From Candidatus Acidiferrum sp. (GTDB lineage Bacteria > Vulcanimicrobiota > Vulcanimicrobiia > Vulcanimicrobiales > Vulcanimicrobiaceae): DNA of 64,000 nucleotides. This document shows positions 55,938 through 64,000 of the stretch, piece after piece. The notes under the pieces were generated by a model that saw only the letters and a list, made by a program, of their open reading frames with translations, was not told the DNA's origin and did not search any database. The translations under genes were made by a program, and so were the position numbers. The first letter of the stretch is position 1, and the number at the start of each line of letters is the position of its first letter. Where the stretch lies: NCBI GenBank assembly GCA_035571115.1, contig DATMKR010000057.1:4231-68230 (forward strand), read 5' to 3'.

Positions 55938-57296
55938 GTGAAGCCGCTGGCCTTTGCCGCCGCTGCTTTCATCCTCGGTGCGTGCAATGCCGGAACATCG
56001 CAGGGCGTGCCGAGTGTGCTTGCGGTCCGGCCGATATCGAGATCGCACAGCTCGCCGATCTCGCACATCGTCCTCATCGTTCAGGAGAACCGGACGTTTA
56101 ACAATCTTTTCGCCACGTTCCCCGGAACCGTCGGTACGACGACCGGCAAAGAGCTCGTCGGCGGTAAGGTCAAGTCAATAAATCTCACCGAAGTACCTCT
56201 CGAATCCCCGAAGACGCTTCGCCACACGTACACCGGCTATAGGATCGGCTATAACGGCGGGCAGATGGACGGCTTCAATCTGATCCGCTTTCTAACCAGC
56301 GGAAAGTATGAAGGCGCTCTTCCTTATGAGTACGTCGACCCTGCGGACGTCGCGCCCTATTGGGCTATCGCAACCGATTACGCGATTGCGGACCATATGT
56401 TCACGACCCAAGGCAGCTCCAGCTTTCCAGCCCACCAGGATCTGATCCGCGGCGGTACGGCCATCGATCCGACGGAGAGTCTCATCGACGACCCCGACAA
56501 GACGCCGTGGGGCTGCCCCGCGCCGCCCGGCACGACGACCGAGCTCATCACGACCACGCTGAAATACGAAAGACACGGCCCGCCTCCGTGCACGTCGGAT
56601 TTTCCCTCGTCAGGAAACTACGATACGCTGCAAGAGTTGCTGGATGCGAAACACGTATCGTGGAAATACTATACGCCCGCATATGAGGGCAATACCGGCG
56701 CGATGTGGAACGCCTTCACGGTCATCGCTTCAGTCTTCGACAATAAGACGGAGTGGAACGCCCACATCTCGCAGCCCGAAACGAATATCTTTACCGATAT
56801 CTCCAACGGCGCGCTGCCGTCGATGTCGTGGGTGATCCCGGACGCCTTCAACTCCGATCATTCCGGCTATAAATCCGACACCGGGCCGTCCTGGGTGGCA
56901 AGCGTCGTGAACGCGATCGGTCAGAGCTCGTACTGGAACTCCACCGCAATCGTGATCGTATGGGACGACTGGGGCGGTTTCTACGACGAAGTCGAGCCGC
57001 CGAAACCCGACAATCAGGGCGGTCCGGGCCTCCGCGTGCCGATGCTGATCGTCTCGCCCTATGTCGGGCAAAACGAAATATCGCACAAAACGTTCGAGTT
57101 CGGAAGCATCGTCCGATTCATCGAAGATACATGGAACCTGGGACGCCTCGGAACCACCGACGAGACGACGAAAAGCATCGCCTCGATGTTCGATTTCAAC
57201 CAGTCCCCGCGGTCCTTTATCACGATTCCGTCGAAACACTCGAAGGCGTTCTTCCTTCACCAAAAGCCGTCCGGCTTGCCCGTCGACGACGAATAG
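55938..57296 (+). CDS. PLC/AcpA-family phosphoesterase lipoprotein (paralogue D)
   Basis: GTG start 3 nt after the upstream stop. Lipobox FILGAC. Motifs: [59 protein letters not shown]. Confidence 0.85.
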   Translation: MKPLAFAAAAFILGACNAGTSQGVPSVLAVRPISRSHSSPISHIVLIVQENRTFNNLFATFPGTVGTTTGKELVGGKVKSINLTEVPLESPKTLRHTYTGYRIGYNGGQMDGFNLIRFLTSGKYEGALPYEYVDPADVAPYWAIATDYAIADHMFTTQGSSSFPAHQDLIRGGTAIDPTESLIDDPDKTPWGCPAPPGTTTELITTTLKYERHGPPPCTSDFPSSGNYDTLQELLDAKHVSWKYYTPAYEGNTGAMWNAFTVIASVFDNKTEWNAHISQPETNIFTDISNGALPSMSWVIPDAFNSDHSGYKSDTGPSWVASVVNAIGQSSYWNSTAIVIVWDDWGGFYDEVEPPKPDNQGGPGLRVPMLIVSPYVGQNEISHKTFEFGSIVRFIEDTWNLGRLGTTDETTKSIASMFDFNQSPRSFITIPSKHSKAFFLHQKPSGLPVDDE

Positions 57297-58637
57297 TCAT
57301 TGCTCGTCGGGGATTTGACCGTCGTTGGCTTGGCGCAGGAAGAAATCCGGCCCCTTCGGCGCTTTGATCGGAACGAACGTGCGCGGCTTCTGCGAGAAAT
57401 CGAAACAATCGGCCGCCGGAGAGGTCGCGCGGGTGTCGGCCCGGGTCAGCTGAGCTAGGCCGAACAAGTCTTCAGCAAAGCGTAAAACGCTCGCCGTCTC
57501 GTAAGGCACGTGCGAGACGTAGTTCTGCTTCGCATACGCAGAGATCACGATGAGCGGAACGCGGAAACCCAGACTGTCGTAATCCTTAAACGGCGGCGGC
57601 ACGGGGTCGTAGGTGCCGCCCCAATCGTCCCACTGAACGAAGACCGCGGTCGAATCCCAGAACTTGCTCTCGCCCACTGCGTTCACCAATGAAGTCACCC
57701 ACGACGGCCCGAGGCCGCCGCCGCAGGCCAGATGGTCGGAGTCTGGGCAGAGTGGCGTGATCCACGTGAAGCTCGCGAGTTTTCCCGCTTTGATGTCGCG
57801 CAAGAAGCGCTTCTGCGGTATGACGATGTCTTTCTTCCAGTCGGGTCCGTTGAAGATGTGCTTGACGGCCTGATATCCCGACCAAAAGCCGCCCAAGGGC
57901 CGCTTGTAACTGCTCGTGTAGAAGCGCCACGGGAGACCGGCGCCGTCCAGTTCGTCGCCCAGTGTCTGATAACGGAAACACGGGACTTGACCGGGGCCGT
58001 AGGCGCGCTTGTGCGTGAGCGTCTGGACCATGTCGTTGGAGCCGCCTTCGCAGCCCCACGGGCCGTCGGGCACGTCGACGCTGGAGTCCGCCTGCGCGGC
58101 AATGATATACTGATGCGCCACAAAACTCTCGTCGAGCTGCGACGCGTGCATGTGATCGGCCAAGACAAACTCGCGCGCCATATCCCAATACGGTTTGGTT
58201 TCGCTTCGCGGAACGTAAACGTACTGGCCGTTCTTGGGCCCCTCGTACACTTGTTCTAAATTGAAGCCGTCCATTCGGCAATGGGTTCCGGGCAGTTTGC
58301 CCGTTCCATGGCATGCAGAGAACATTGCGTGCGCCGAGTGATCGATCTCGTACCTCGTGCTCAGGCTAACTGGTTGAAGCGCGATCGTTTTTCCCAAAGA
58401 GTTCTTGCCGCTCGTGACCGTCGTGGCGCCCGGATACCCCATAAAAAGATCGTTGAAGCTGCGGTTTTCCTGTACGATGTAAACGACGTGTTGAATTTTT
58501 CCCGTGCCGGTGAAGCCGAGCGTCTGCGTCAGATCGCCGCCGGCAGGTGCCGGCAGCGCGGCGTGTGACTGGAAAGCGCAGGCCGAGAGTGCCGCGCAGG
58601 CCGTCGCCCAAAGCGCAGCCCAATAAAGCTTCCGCAT
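57297..58637 (-). CDS. PLC/AcpA-family phosphoesterase lipoprotein (paralogue E, same subfamily as A)
   Basis: Start at MRKLYWAALWATACAALSAC (lipobox). Motifs: HVVYIVQENRSFNDLFMGYPG, GTHCRMDGFN (compare GTKCRMNGFD in A), GFRVPLIVISAYAKQN. The stop codon abuts the stop of paralogue D with no intergenic nucleotide. Confidence 0.85.
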   Translation of the reverse strand: MRKLYWAALWATACAALSACAFQSHAALPAPAGGDLTQTLGFTGTGKIQHVVYIVQENRSFNDLFMGYPGATTVTSGKNSLGKTIALQPVSLSTRYEIDHSAHAMFSACHGTGKLPGTHCRMDGFNLEQVYEGPKNGQYVYVPRSETKPYWDMAREFVLADHMHASQLDESFVAHQYIIAAQADSSVDVPDGPWGCEGGSNDMVQTLTHKRAYGPGQVPCFRYQTLGDELDGAGLPWRFYTSSYKRPLGGFWSGYQAVKHIFNGPDWKKDIVIPQKRFLRDIKAGKLASFTWITPLCPDSDHLACGGGLGPSWVTSLVNAVGESKFWDSTAVFVQWDDWGGTYDPVPPPFKDYDSLGFRVPLIVISAYAKQNYVSHVPYETASVLRFAEDLFGLAQLTRADTRATSPAADCFDFSQKPRTFVPIKAPKGPDFFLRQANDGQIPDEQ

Positions 58638-58893
58638 AATTTTGCTAACGTTCAAATTCGTTATGCATTCTTCCCTGCGGCGACCTTGCCGAGCGCGTGC
58701 TTGGAAACCAAAACATCGCGTCTGCAAGCAGGCAAGCCGACATGGTACTGGCACGCTCTTCCACGCGACACGGGCCGACCCAAGACGTTCCTAGGCGATG
58801 ACCAAAAGAGAGGGAGGCTACCCTGAGGTGCCCCCCTTTGCGATTATCCAGACCAGCTGGATCGTTTATGTCTCCTCAAATAAGGCGCGCGGT

Positions 58894-59997
58894 TTATAGG
58901 TTCTTGTTCGTGGGCGAGAAGCCGGCAGCTTCGGTGTAGCCCGTACCTTCGAGGCCGTTATTGAAACTATAGAGATACTTGATACCCGTGGGCGCATACT
59001 TGTAGACATCGACGTCGCTGTTGGTGACGTCACCGATGGCGACCTCATTGCCCTTCGCGTTGAGGTTGCCAAAAATTGAGGCACCCTCGAGGGTCGAGGA
59101 GCTGACGACCTTGCACTTCGGGTTGCAGCCACTGTATACGTACAGCGCGCCCGTCACATCGATCGAGACCAAGTTGCCCTTCGCGTCGAAGAAAAGACCG
59201 CCAAAACCCGCGTTCTTCGTGCCGGTTGCAACCGCGCCGCTACCCTTGCAGCCCTTCCAATAGACCAAGACAAAACCAGTCGTCGTCGAGGTGGCTCCCG
59301 ACATCCAACAGTCGCCTTTGGCGTCCGCGGCGATGCCTCCGCCATATCCCGTAATGGCCGAGTTCGTCACCGGTGCGCCGCAGCTGCTCGTCTTGAGCGA
59401 GCAAATCAGGACATCACCAGTTTGGGAGTCGGTGGCTAAGATTTCTCCGACGTAGATCGAGTCTTTCGTGGCGTCGAAGCTCTTGGCGTCGGACGCTTGA
59501 CCGTTTGTGTCGTCGATTGATCCGAGAAGCTTTCCGCATAGCTTGGGACCTCCGTAAACATTGATTGACGGTTCCGAGCTTGCGTTGCTTGCCGACGGAA
59601 GGATCAGGTTCTGCTTGAGATCGACGCCCCAACCATTTATTGCATAACCATCGATCGTACAGGTCGGCGCACTGTTCTTGCTGTCCGGATTAGGATAAGC
59701 GTTGATGAGGCCTTCCGCGTCCGAGGTAGGGCTGCTGTAGAATTCGCTACCATAAAGGCCGCCCGCCGACTTCTTCTTTTTATCCGGGAACGCCGTTCCA
59801 AGATGCAAGCGCTGTATGCCGGTAGGGCGCATCCATGCCGCTACCAAGCTGATCGGCACACGGTTGTTGGCTTGCGCAACGCGTGATGGCGAAGTAAGGC
59901 TCGGAACTGAACCGCTCTGCCCGGACAGATTGCCGGCGCAAGCGGCGAGAAGCCCAACACCGACCGCTGTACAGAGCGCCGAAGTAAAGTAACGCAT
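58894..59997 (-). CDS. Lipoprotein with a beta-propeller-like repeat architecture, unknown function
   Basis: Start at MRYFTSALCTAVGVGLLAAC (lipobox). Blade-like segments recur (FFDAKGNLVSIDVTGALYVYSG, AKGNEVAIGDVTNSDVDVYKY). It is Ser/Thr/Gly/Asn-rich and has visibly lower GC than its surroundings. Confidence 0.6.
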   Translation of the reverse strand: MRYFTSALCTAVGVGLLAACAGNLSGQSGSVPSLTSPSRVAQANNRVPISLVAAWMRPTGIQRLHLGTAFPDKKKKSAGGLYGSEFYSSPTSDAEGLINAYPNPDSKNSAPTCTIDGYAINGWGVDLKQNLILPSASNASSEPSINVYGGPKLCGKLLGSIDDTNGQASDAKSFDATKDSIYVGEILATDSQTGDVLICSLKTSSCGAPVTNSAITGYGGGIAADAKGDCWMSGATSTTTGFVLVYWKGCKGSGAVATGTKNAGFGGLFFDAKGNLVSIDVTGALYVYSGCNPKCKVVSSSTLEGASIFGNLNAKGNEVAIGDVTNSDVDVYKYAPTGIKYLYSFNNGLEGTGYTEAAGFSPTNKNL

Positions 59998-60261
59998 CAG
60001 GGAGTCTCCTTGGACGTGACGAGAAGTGTGGCTGCTAGAACCCCGACGGAACGACGCTGCCGCTCGAACGAGATCCGAGGTGAGGCGTTCGGAGGGTACC
60101 GGTGCCACCGTTTGACTGCTCGATGAGGCCCAGAACATCCTGCACAAGTGTCACCTGCGCCAGACGAGGTACGTGCTTACTTAGGTTGCTAGACTCAAGA
60201 GCACTGCTCGGCGTGATCGCTTCGCCGTTGCTGCGATGCCCGGGCGCCTTTTCTGAAAATA

Positions 60262-60293
60262 AAAAACGAGCCCGCCGTAGCGGGCTCGTTTTG
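60262..60293 (-). terminator. Rho-independent terminator (structurally bidirectional)
   Basis: aaaACGAGCCCGC-cgta-GCGGGCTCGTttt. The minus strand reads the hairpin followed by TTTTTTATTTTC, 30 nt after the stop of the 60324-61367 gene. Confidence 0.75.
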
Positions 60294-60323
60294 TTCCTTC
60301 GTTAGGAACTGATGGAGAGGAGC

Positions 60324-61367
60324 TTACTTGTCGACCGAGACGCCAATCGGCTCGGAGAGACCGCTGGCTGTGCTGACGGGAGAACCGCCGGCAGGGTACG
60401 CGAAGGAGGTAGCATCTGCGTCACCGGCGTTTGCGGTGAGAACGAACTTCCCGTCTTGCCAGTCTTGGACTGGATCCGAGACGTCGCTAAGAGCAATCGT
60501 ACCGACTTCGGTGCCGGTCGATCCGCTGACGGTGTACTGATCGATGGAGTCCGTGTCCTGGTCGAGGATGTCGATATCCTTACCAGCGATCGTCACGCCG
60601 CCCGGGAACTCCGGAAGGACGTTCAACGAGATGGCGGTGCCAGTCGTGGCGCCTGGGGCAATTTCGCAGAGTCCAATGCCGCTATCGGAGAGCGTCGCGA
60701 AGCCGTCGACCCAGATGTTGCCCTTCTTGTCGTAGGCGATGAAGTAGTACTTAGCCAGGTTGGGGCAGGTCGCCACGGTCGGCGTGCCTTTTCCGCCCTT
60801 GAAGATTTCGACGTTGCCGTTGCCATCGCTGGTCGAGATGATGTCGGAAACGGCGACGTCGCCCTTCTTGTCGACCGAGCAGCCTACCGGATATTCGCCT
60901 GAGATGGTCAGGCTGTTCGAAGATGTGGCAGAGCCGTTCGCGAATTCGAGGACGTTGGATTCGCCAGTGTTGGTGACCCAAGCGTCTTTCTTGTGCGCGC
61001 AAGCACCCTGCGGTTCAGAAGTGCCGGAGGTGTCGGTGCCAACTAGGCTGCCGAACATGCCTTTGCTGAAATCGTAGACATAGATCGTGTTGTCACCAGA
61101 GTCGGCGATGTAGGCAAATCCGCCCTTGGCTTTCCGATCGGGCGAAACTCTGGAGGGTCCGTGGATGGCGTGCAGGATACCGTTGTGGGCGACGCTGGTC
61201 GCCGACAAGCCGTGACCCGCTGCCGGGGTGACGCCCGATGCGCCCATGCCGCCGGTTTGGCCGCCGTTGCTGCATCCGGCAAGAATGCCGGCCGCTGCGA
61301 TCGCGCCCAAGGCGTACTTGGACAGACTCGAGATGTTCATTATAGAAATTTGCTCCATTTCTTTCAT
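60324..61367 (-). CDS. Lipoprotein with a beta-propeller-like repeat architecture, unknown function
   Basis: Lipobox AAGILAGC. Repeats resemble NHL/YncE-type blades: FAYIADSGDNTIYVYDF, DKKGDVAVSDII, YDKKGNIWVDGF. The start is Met 61367 or Met 61340. Confidence 0.6.
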   Translation of the reverse strand: MKEMEQISIMNISSLSKYALGAIAAAGILAGCSNGGQTGGMGASGVTPAAGHGLSATSVAHNGILHAIHGPSRVSPDRKAKGGFAYIADSGDNTIYVYDFSKGMFGSLVGTDTSGTSEPQGACAHKKDAWVTNTGESNVLEFANGSATSSNSLTISGEYPVGCSVDKKGDVAVSDIISTSDGNGNVEIFKGGKGTPTVATCPNLAKYYFIAYDKKGNIWVDGFATLSDSGIGLCEIAPGATTGTAISLNVLPEFPGGVTIAGKDIDILDQDTDSIDQYTVSGSTGTEVGTIALSDVSDPVQDWQDGKFVLTANAGDADATSFAYPAGGSPVSTASGLSEPIGVSVDK

Positions 61368-61651
61368 GAAAGTGTGAATGGGGGGTCGTCAAGCTCTCTC
61401 GGGAAGCGTGACTGGGGACTCCGTGGCAGGCAGACCGCTGGGCATGAAGGGCGAGTAACGAACGCCGGCTCCCGCAAGCCGCAACGGACTACATTGATAT
61501 GGGGCTCCCGTGCACGGCCCTTGGCGCTTTCTGAGGCTCTCCCCTGCCGTAAAGTCTCGCGATTAATTATTTTTGACCGACTTTTTTTTCGCTTTGCTTC
61601 TTACGCCCGCCGAGCAAGCTGGGCCCACCTAGCAGGCGACTTCCTGGGCTC

Positions 61652-63064
61652 CTAGCCCTCGGCAATGCTTGTCACCGCCTTGACCAGTGAGTCCTTGCCC
61701 TGGGTCGCCGTTCGAAATGCCATCAGCCCATAGTCCAACACCTCGGGAAGGCGCCGCAGGTACCCCGTCAGGAAGCGCCTCGATAGCAACTTTCTCGGAG
61801 AAAGATACTCCGCCTCGAAGAGCAGCAGGAGGTTCGCGACGATAAAATGACGCATCGCGCTGCCGCGTTTGATGTGCACGCGCCAGCGCTTGGAGATGTC
61901 GACGTTGGTAAACACGGTGTTTCGCAATGACGCCGAAAGAACCGCCGGCGAGACCGTGATGGCGCTGTCGTAGACGGCAGGCATCCGCGCCGATCGCGTA
62001 ATCGTCGAGTCGCCGAAGTCGACGCACCAGTACTCGAGCTGCGGCTTTTCGACCGTGAAGAGCCAGCGCGTCCTACGCGTGAACGGCCGTAGGAGCCGCG
62101 TTGCCTTGAAGAACTTCGTAAAGTAGTTCGAAAAATCATCGAAGGCGATCTGCTTCTCGGCTTCCGATCGGTAGACTTTTTCGAGACGTTCGTTCTCTTC
62201 GACGGCGCGCTGCTCGGCGTAGCCAACCATGTCGACGACCATGCCATCTTCGGCGATACTGAAACCAGACTCTGGCGACCAGCGACTCCCGGGCGGCATC
62301 AGCACGAGCGAGGCCGACGGAACGCGCGAAGCATTGGCTTCGAAATACTCTTTCATCTCCGGCCCCGAGACCAAGAATCGATTCTCGTCGCGCACCTCGC
62401 GATGCAAATGGCAAATTCCACTCGCAAACGGGATTGCATAGCGCGGACACATCTGTTGTGCGGCGGCGACGAACGCTTCCATGTACGTCCGGGCGTCGAC
62501 GGGCAAACGATCGGCGGGGTCCTCGAACGTATAGCGTGTGGGGTACGACCATGCCGGGGAGTGGCTGCGCAAAATGAAGTCAACCTTCGGATACTTCCTG
62601 CGGAACATGCGCCAGGTCGAAGGCAGCGGCTTGGCATCGTTGAGATCGACCAAGACCGTACCGTCGGCCTCGACGACCGCTACGCTATCGTCCTGAAAGC
62701 TGATTTGATAACTCGTCAGCGTGAAGCCCGGGGCGAGCTCGACGCTCTTGCCGTGCGGAAGCTCGACGATCCGCTCGAATCCGATGTCGGCGAGCTGTTC
62801 GCGCAAACCCGAAATCGGGAAACGGGGCACGATGACCGTCGTCGTCTTCGCGAACTTCTTGAGCGTTCGCGGATCGAAATGGTCAAAATGCCAGTGCGTT
62901 ATATAGACGTAGTCCGCGCCAAAGAGGTCCGGCTCGAAGACGGGAGGCGGTGCGTGCCACCAGGACGACCAGTAGGTCGGTTCGTTCAACCAGGGATCGA
63001 TGATCAGTCGCTTGCCGCGAGCCTTGACGTCGAGACAGGCGTGGCTGACGATACTAAAATCCAT
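61652..63064 (-). CDS. Metallo-beta-lactamase-fold protein (UlaG/NAPE-PLD-like N-terminal domain) with an uncharacterised C-terminal half
   Basis: MDFSIVSHACLDV...LIIDPWL...YVYITHWHFDHFD is the HxHxDH metal motif. The remaining roughly 250 aa have no recognisable family. Confidence 0.6.
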   Translation of the reverse strand: MDFSIVSHACLDVKARGKRLIIDPWLNEPTYWSSWWHAPPPVFEPDLFGADYVYITHWHFDHFDPRTLKKFAKTTTVIVPRFPISGLREQLADIGFERIVELPHGKSVELAPGFTLTSYQISFQDDSVAVVEADGTVLVDLNDAKPLPSTWRMFRRKYPKVDFILRSHSPAWSYPTRYTFEDPADRLPVDARTYMEAFVAAAQQMCPRYAIPFASGICHLHREVRDENRFLVSGPEMKEYFEANASRVPSASLVLMPPGSRWSPESGFSIAEDGMVVDMVGYAEQRAVEENERLEKVYRSEAEKQIAFDDFSNYFTKFFKATRLLRPFTRRTRWLFTVEKPQLEYWCVDFGDSTITRSARMPAVYDSAITVSPAVLSASLRNTVFTNVDISKRWRVHIKRGSAMRHFIVANLLLLFEAEYLSPRKLLSRRFLTGYLRRLPEVLDYGLMAFRTATQGKDSLVKAVTSIAEG

Positions 63065-63109
63065 AGCTGCGGCTCTTTCGGCAGGCTTTTGCGGTCTCCC
63101 CGAGGCGCG

Positions 63110-63799
63110 CTACTCCATCGTTCGAAGTGCGATGGCTCCGGTCGTCGTGGTCAATTGAATGCGCGCAGTCCCCAATCCTAACTTACCGCTTGCCCGCACG
63201 CCAACCACGTTCTCCCGGCTCTGCACGATTCCGGGCGCGTCGCTGGAAAAGCTGCCGACCGTACTCACCGCGTTGACGGTCGCGCTGCTTTCGCGCGCGA
63301 TTCGCAACGTGACCGTGCCCGTCGTCGCGCGCAAGTCGATCGAGCGATCTCCGTCGACCCGGCCGAGAGTTGCGTCGATCGTTCCCGTCTGCGTCTCGAC
63401 GCTGACGTTGCCGGTAACGCCGCCGACGGAGACCGAACCGGCAACGTTGCCGACCTGAACTGAGGCGCCGGCGGGAACCGAGATATGGTAACGCACGCCG
63501 CCGGAATGGTTGCCGCCCGCGTAGGTCGTGACGACGAAAATGCCGTCACCCTCCCGGTTGACGTTGATGGTGACGCTGCGCAACTCTGAAGCGTCGTAGC
63601 CGTACTTGGTTGCGGCGATATTCACCTCCGGTTTGGCCCAGGCCACGATCGCAACGGTTCCAGCAATATTATCGACGTGAACGATCGGCGTCGCACCGCT
63701 GTCGATGGCTCGATGGAACTGTTCGTGAACGCGCTCGCCGAACGACCCGGCGCACGCGCAGAGCGCCAGCAGCGCACAGGAGCCAATCGCCCGAATCAT
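63110..63799 (-). CDS. DUF4097-like beta-strand repeat protein (putative adhesin fold), lipoprotein
   Basis: Lipobox LLALCAC. Iterated segments: GNVAGSVSVGGVTGNVSVETQTGTIDATL ... DLRATTGTVTLRI ... TTTGAIAL. Confidence 0.65.
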   Translation of the reverse strand: MIRAIGSCALLALCACAGSFGERVHEQFHRAIDSGATPIVHVDNIAGTVAIVAWAKPEVNIAATKYGYDASELRSVTINVNREGDGIFVVTTYAGGNHSGGVRYHISVPAGASVQVGNVAGSVSVGGVTGNVSVETQTGTIDATLGRVDGDRSIDLRATTGTVTLRIARESSATVNAVSTVGSFSSDAPGIVQSRENVVGVRASGKLGLGTARIQLTTTTGAIALRTME

Positions 63800-63868
63800 A
63801 CGGCCGCTTCTGCGGGTTCGTTGGGGTGGATTCCTCCGCGAAGGTATCCGCGTACGACGCGAGCGAGA

Positions 63869-64000
63869 CTAGGGCGCGAGGAAAATATGCTCGTGGGCGG
63901 AGCAGTTCGACGCGCCGGCCAGACACTCGAACCGAAGTACCGGTTTCGCCTCGCCGCCTAAGGGCAGGCCGTAGACGTCGAGTTCTCCGTCGGTCGTTTG
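63869..64000 (-). CDS. C-terminal end of an unidentified protein; gene continues beyond the right edge
   Basis: Not in the track because there is no Met in the window. The minus strand reads ...QTTDGELDVYGLPLGGEAKPVLRFECLAGASNCSAHEHIFLAP-stop. Its composition is protein-like, unlike the two Arg-rich track ORFs here. Confidence 0.35.
   Translation of the reverse strand, partial: QTTDGELDVYGLPLGGEAKPVLRFECLAGASNCSAHEHIFLAP

Noticed and set aside
57294-57299. Zero-nucleotide spacing between the convergent stops of phosphoesterases D and E as a special regulatory device.
   Set aside because: It is real in the sequence, but tight convergent packing occurs elsewhere in compact genomes. It is mentioned within the cluster finding rather than treated as a separate feature.
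63669-63961. Track ORFs 63669-63926 (minus strand) and 63677-63961 (plus strand) at the right edge.
   Set aside because: Both are Arg-rich and overlap the DUF4097 gene start region. A different minus-strand frame (63869-64000) gives a more protein-like C-terminus.

Overview
This window is a densely coding, high-GC bacterial chromosomal segment with about 60 protein genes and one tRNA (Val-TAC). I found no rRNA, no CRISPR array, and no recognisable transposase, integrase or phage gene. The content mixes Firmicutes/Actinobacteria-style housekeeping synteny (mfd...yabN/mazG...yabO/rqcP, whiA-gap-pgk-tpiA-gpmI, yggS-sepF-divIVA, lspA-rluD, tgt, ileS) with diderm-type envelope genes (GT9 heptosyltransferase-like, OstA/LptD-like protein, murJ, small phosphoglycosyl transferase, O-antigen-ligase-like protein, csaB) and a few scattered flagellar genes (fliA, rod-binding protein, flgF, flgG). 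The source is probably a high-GC diderm lineage of Terrabacteria type, but the taxon cannot be fixed from the sequence alone. Main observations: (1) At 50.5-58.6 kb, a type III polyketide synthase and a sulfotransferase sit inside a tightly packed operon of lipoprotein PLC/AcpA-family phosphoesterase paralogues. Four copies are here; a fifth at 9.3-10.7 kb is flanked by two paralogous small lipoproteins. I do not recognise this combination as a described system. (2) A GC-rich palindromic repeat family (core CCTTCGACARGCTCAGGATGACA) occurs at five loci. One locus is a 96-bp x4.3 tandem array between convergent tgt and ileS that supplies both stop codons. One copy lies in frame inside the ileS editing-domain region, one supplies a start codon, and a 47-bp perfect duplication overlaps the 3' end of tRNA-Val. 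(3) An LptD-like gene is translationally coupled to an unknown secreted protein. (4) A near-consensus, probably leaderless padR promoter carries a palindromic operator candidate. (5) A lower-GC pair of beta-propeller-like lipoprotein genes has a strong terminator. All product calls come from motif recognition by eye on the supplied translations. No database or HMM search was possible, and many long ORFs in the track are antisense or upstream-extension artefacts typical of high-GC DNA.
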